Shown piece after piece: positions 62,468-64,000 of a DNA stretch of 64,000 nucleotides. How positions within the stretch are numbered: the stretch's first letter is position 1; every line of letters begins with the position of its first letter. Both the position numbers and the translations under genes were made by a program. This DNA is from the human T2T-CHM13v2.0 reference genome, Homo sapiens: the NCBI RefSeq assembly GCF_009914755.1, contig NC_060929.1; one strand, given 5' to 3'. Below the pieces are notes generated by a model, which did no database searches, was not told the origin of the DNA, and saw nothing but the letters and a program-made list of their open reading frames with translations.

Positions 62468-63795
62468 ACATCCTCTTTGGTAAAGTGTCTAGTCAGATTC
62501 TTCCCCTATTTTTTAATTTGTTTGTTTGTTTTCTTATTAAGTTTTAGAGTTGTTTGTATATTTTGGATAGAAATTCTTTAATAGATATGTGTTTTTGAAA
62601 ATATTTCCTAACAGTCTGTGTTTTTCTTTTCATTTTTATAATAGTTTTTATCATAGAGTAGATGTTTTAAATTTTGACAAAGACCAACTTAATTTTTTTA
62701 ATGGATCATGGTTTTGGTATGGTATATAAAGTCTTCATCAAACCCAAGGTCACCTAAATTTCTATATATCCTGTGTTTTCTTCTTGACGTTTTATAGTTT
62801 GCATTTTACATTTAGATCCATTATTCATTTGGAGTTAACTTTTGTGAAAGGTCTAAAGTCTGTGTCTAGATTCTTTCTCCTTTTTGTTTGCATATAAATG
62901 TCTCATTGTTTTCAGCACCATTTGTTGAATAGACTCTCCTTTCTTCATTGAATTACCCTTGATCTTTTGTCAAAGATCAGTTGATTGTACCTGCATAGGT
63001 CTATTCTTGGGCTTTCTATTCTATTCCATTCAGTGTACTCTCTTTCCAGTGCCATGCTGTCTTTCTTACTGTGGCTTTATAGTAGGTCTTGAAATGGGTA
63101 GTATGAGTCTTCCAACTTGGTTTTTCTTCAGCATTGCATTGTATTCTGGATCTTTTCCCTCTTCATTTAAAGTTTAGAGTAAGTGTATCTACAACTACAG
63201 AAGAGCTTATTGAGATTATGCTTGGGATTGCATTTAATCTATAGATCAAATTGGGAAGAACTAACATTTTAACAATATTGAGTCTTTCAATCCATGAACA
63301 TGGAATATCTGTCCATTAGAGCTTCCTTTGATTTCTTTCATCAGATTTTCTTTCCTGCACATGTATTCTGTACATTTCCATTAGATATACCTGATTATTT
63401 TACCTGTTATTGGGTGCTATTACAAACGGTATTTTAAAAAAAATTCCTATTGTTCATTGCTGGTATATAGAATAGCAATTGACTTTTGTACATTAACCTT
63501 CTATTCTGATACTTTGCTATACTCATTTATTAGATCCAGGAATTTTTTGGTTGATTCTTTGGACTATTTTCTTCATAATCATTTCATATAGGAATTAAGA
63601 TAGTTTTATTTCTTCCTTTCCAATCTGTTTTTCTTTTACTTCCCTTTCTTGTTTTACTTCCCTTTCTTATTGTACTAACTAGTACTTATAGTATAATGTT
63701 AGATCAGAATGATGAAGGCAGACATCCTTGCTTTATTTTCGACAATACTTGTAAAGGGTCCTTTTTATCATTATTAAGTATGATGTTAGTTATAG

Positions 63796-64000
63796 TGAAA
63801 CTGCCTTTACAAAATTCTGACATTAAGTGAATCTGACATAGTAGACTCCATCTTGCTTCTGACCTCCAAGCTGTCCTTGGCCATTCCCAAAGCTAGCTTT
63901 GGGAGGAATTTAGTTTATAGTTTGACTTTAAAACAAAGATGATAATAACTCTTCCCAAAATTAAACATGTTTGTAAAACTAATGAAAATCCACAAGGTTA
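63796..64000 (+). mobile_element. LTR8-like ERV1 LTR, runs off the right edge
   Basis: TGAAACTGCCTTTACAAAATT..GACTCCATCTTGCTTCTGACCTCCAAGCTGTCCTTG. Confidence 0.8.

Overview
Primate (very likely human) intergenic DNA made mostly of interspersed repeats. It is not prokaryotic and has no CRISPR array and no intact protein-coding gene that I can support. Recognisable gene-derived sequence: a processed UBE2V1 pseudogene (5' part, cut by an L1PA7/8-type insertion), a near full-length processed YTHDF1 pseudogene (probably the locus annotated YTHDF1P1) whose 3' UTR runs straight into an L1 with no poly-A, and a decayed 28S rRNA fragment. The rest is nested L1s (a convergent pair of L1MA-type elements, L1PA10-13, L1PA15/16, L1PA2/3), Alus and a FLAM, a truncated Tigger1, L2, MIR, hAT elements, MaLR/ERVL LTRs and a cluster of MER4-group ERV1 insertions. 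The most notable object is a complete THE1A MaLR provirus: its 1353-nt internal ORF has no frameshift, only two point stops (first 284 codons open), and both LTRs carry a DUX4 motif. I found no convincing new multi-gene system. Subfamily names come from recalled consensus sequences and need RepeatMasker/Dfam confirmation.
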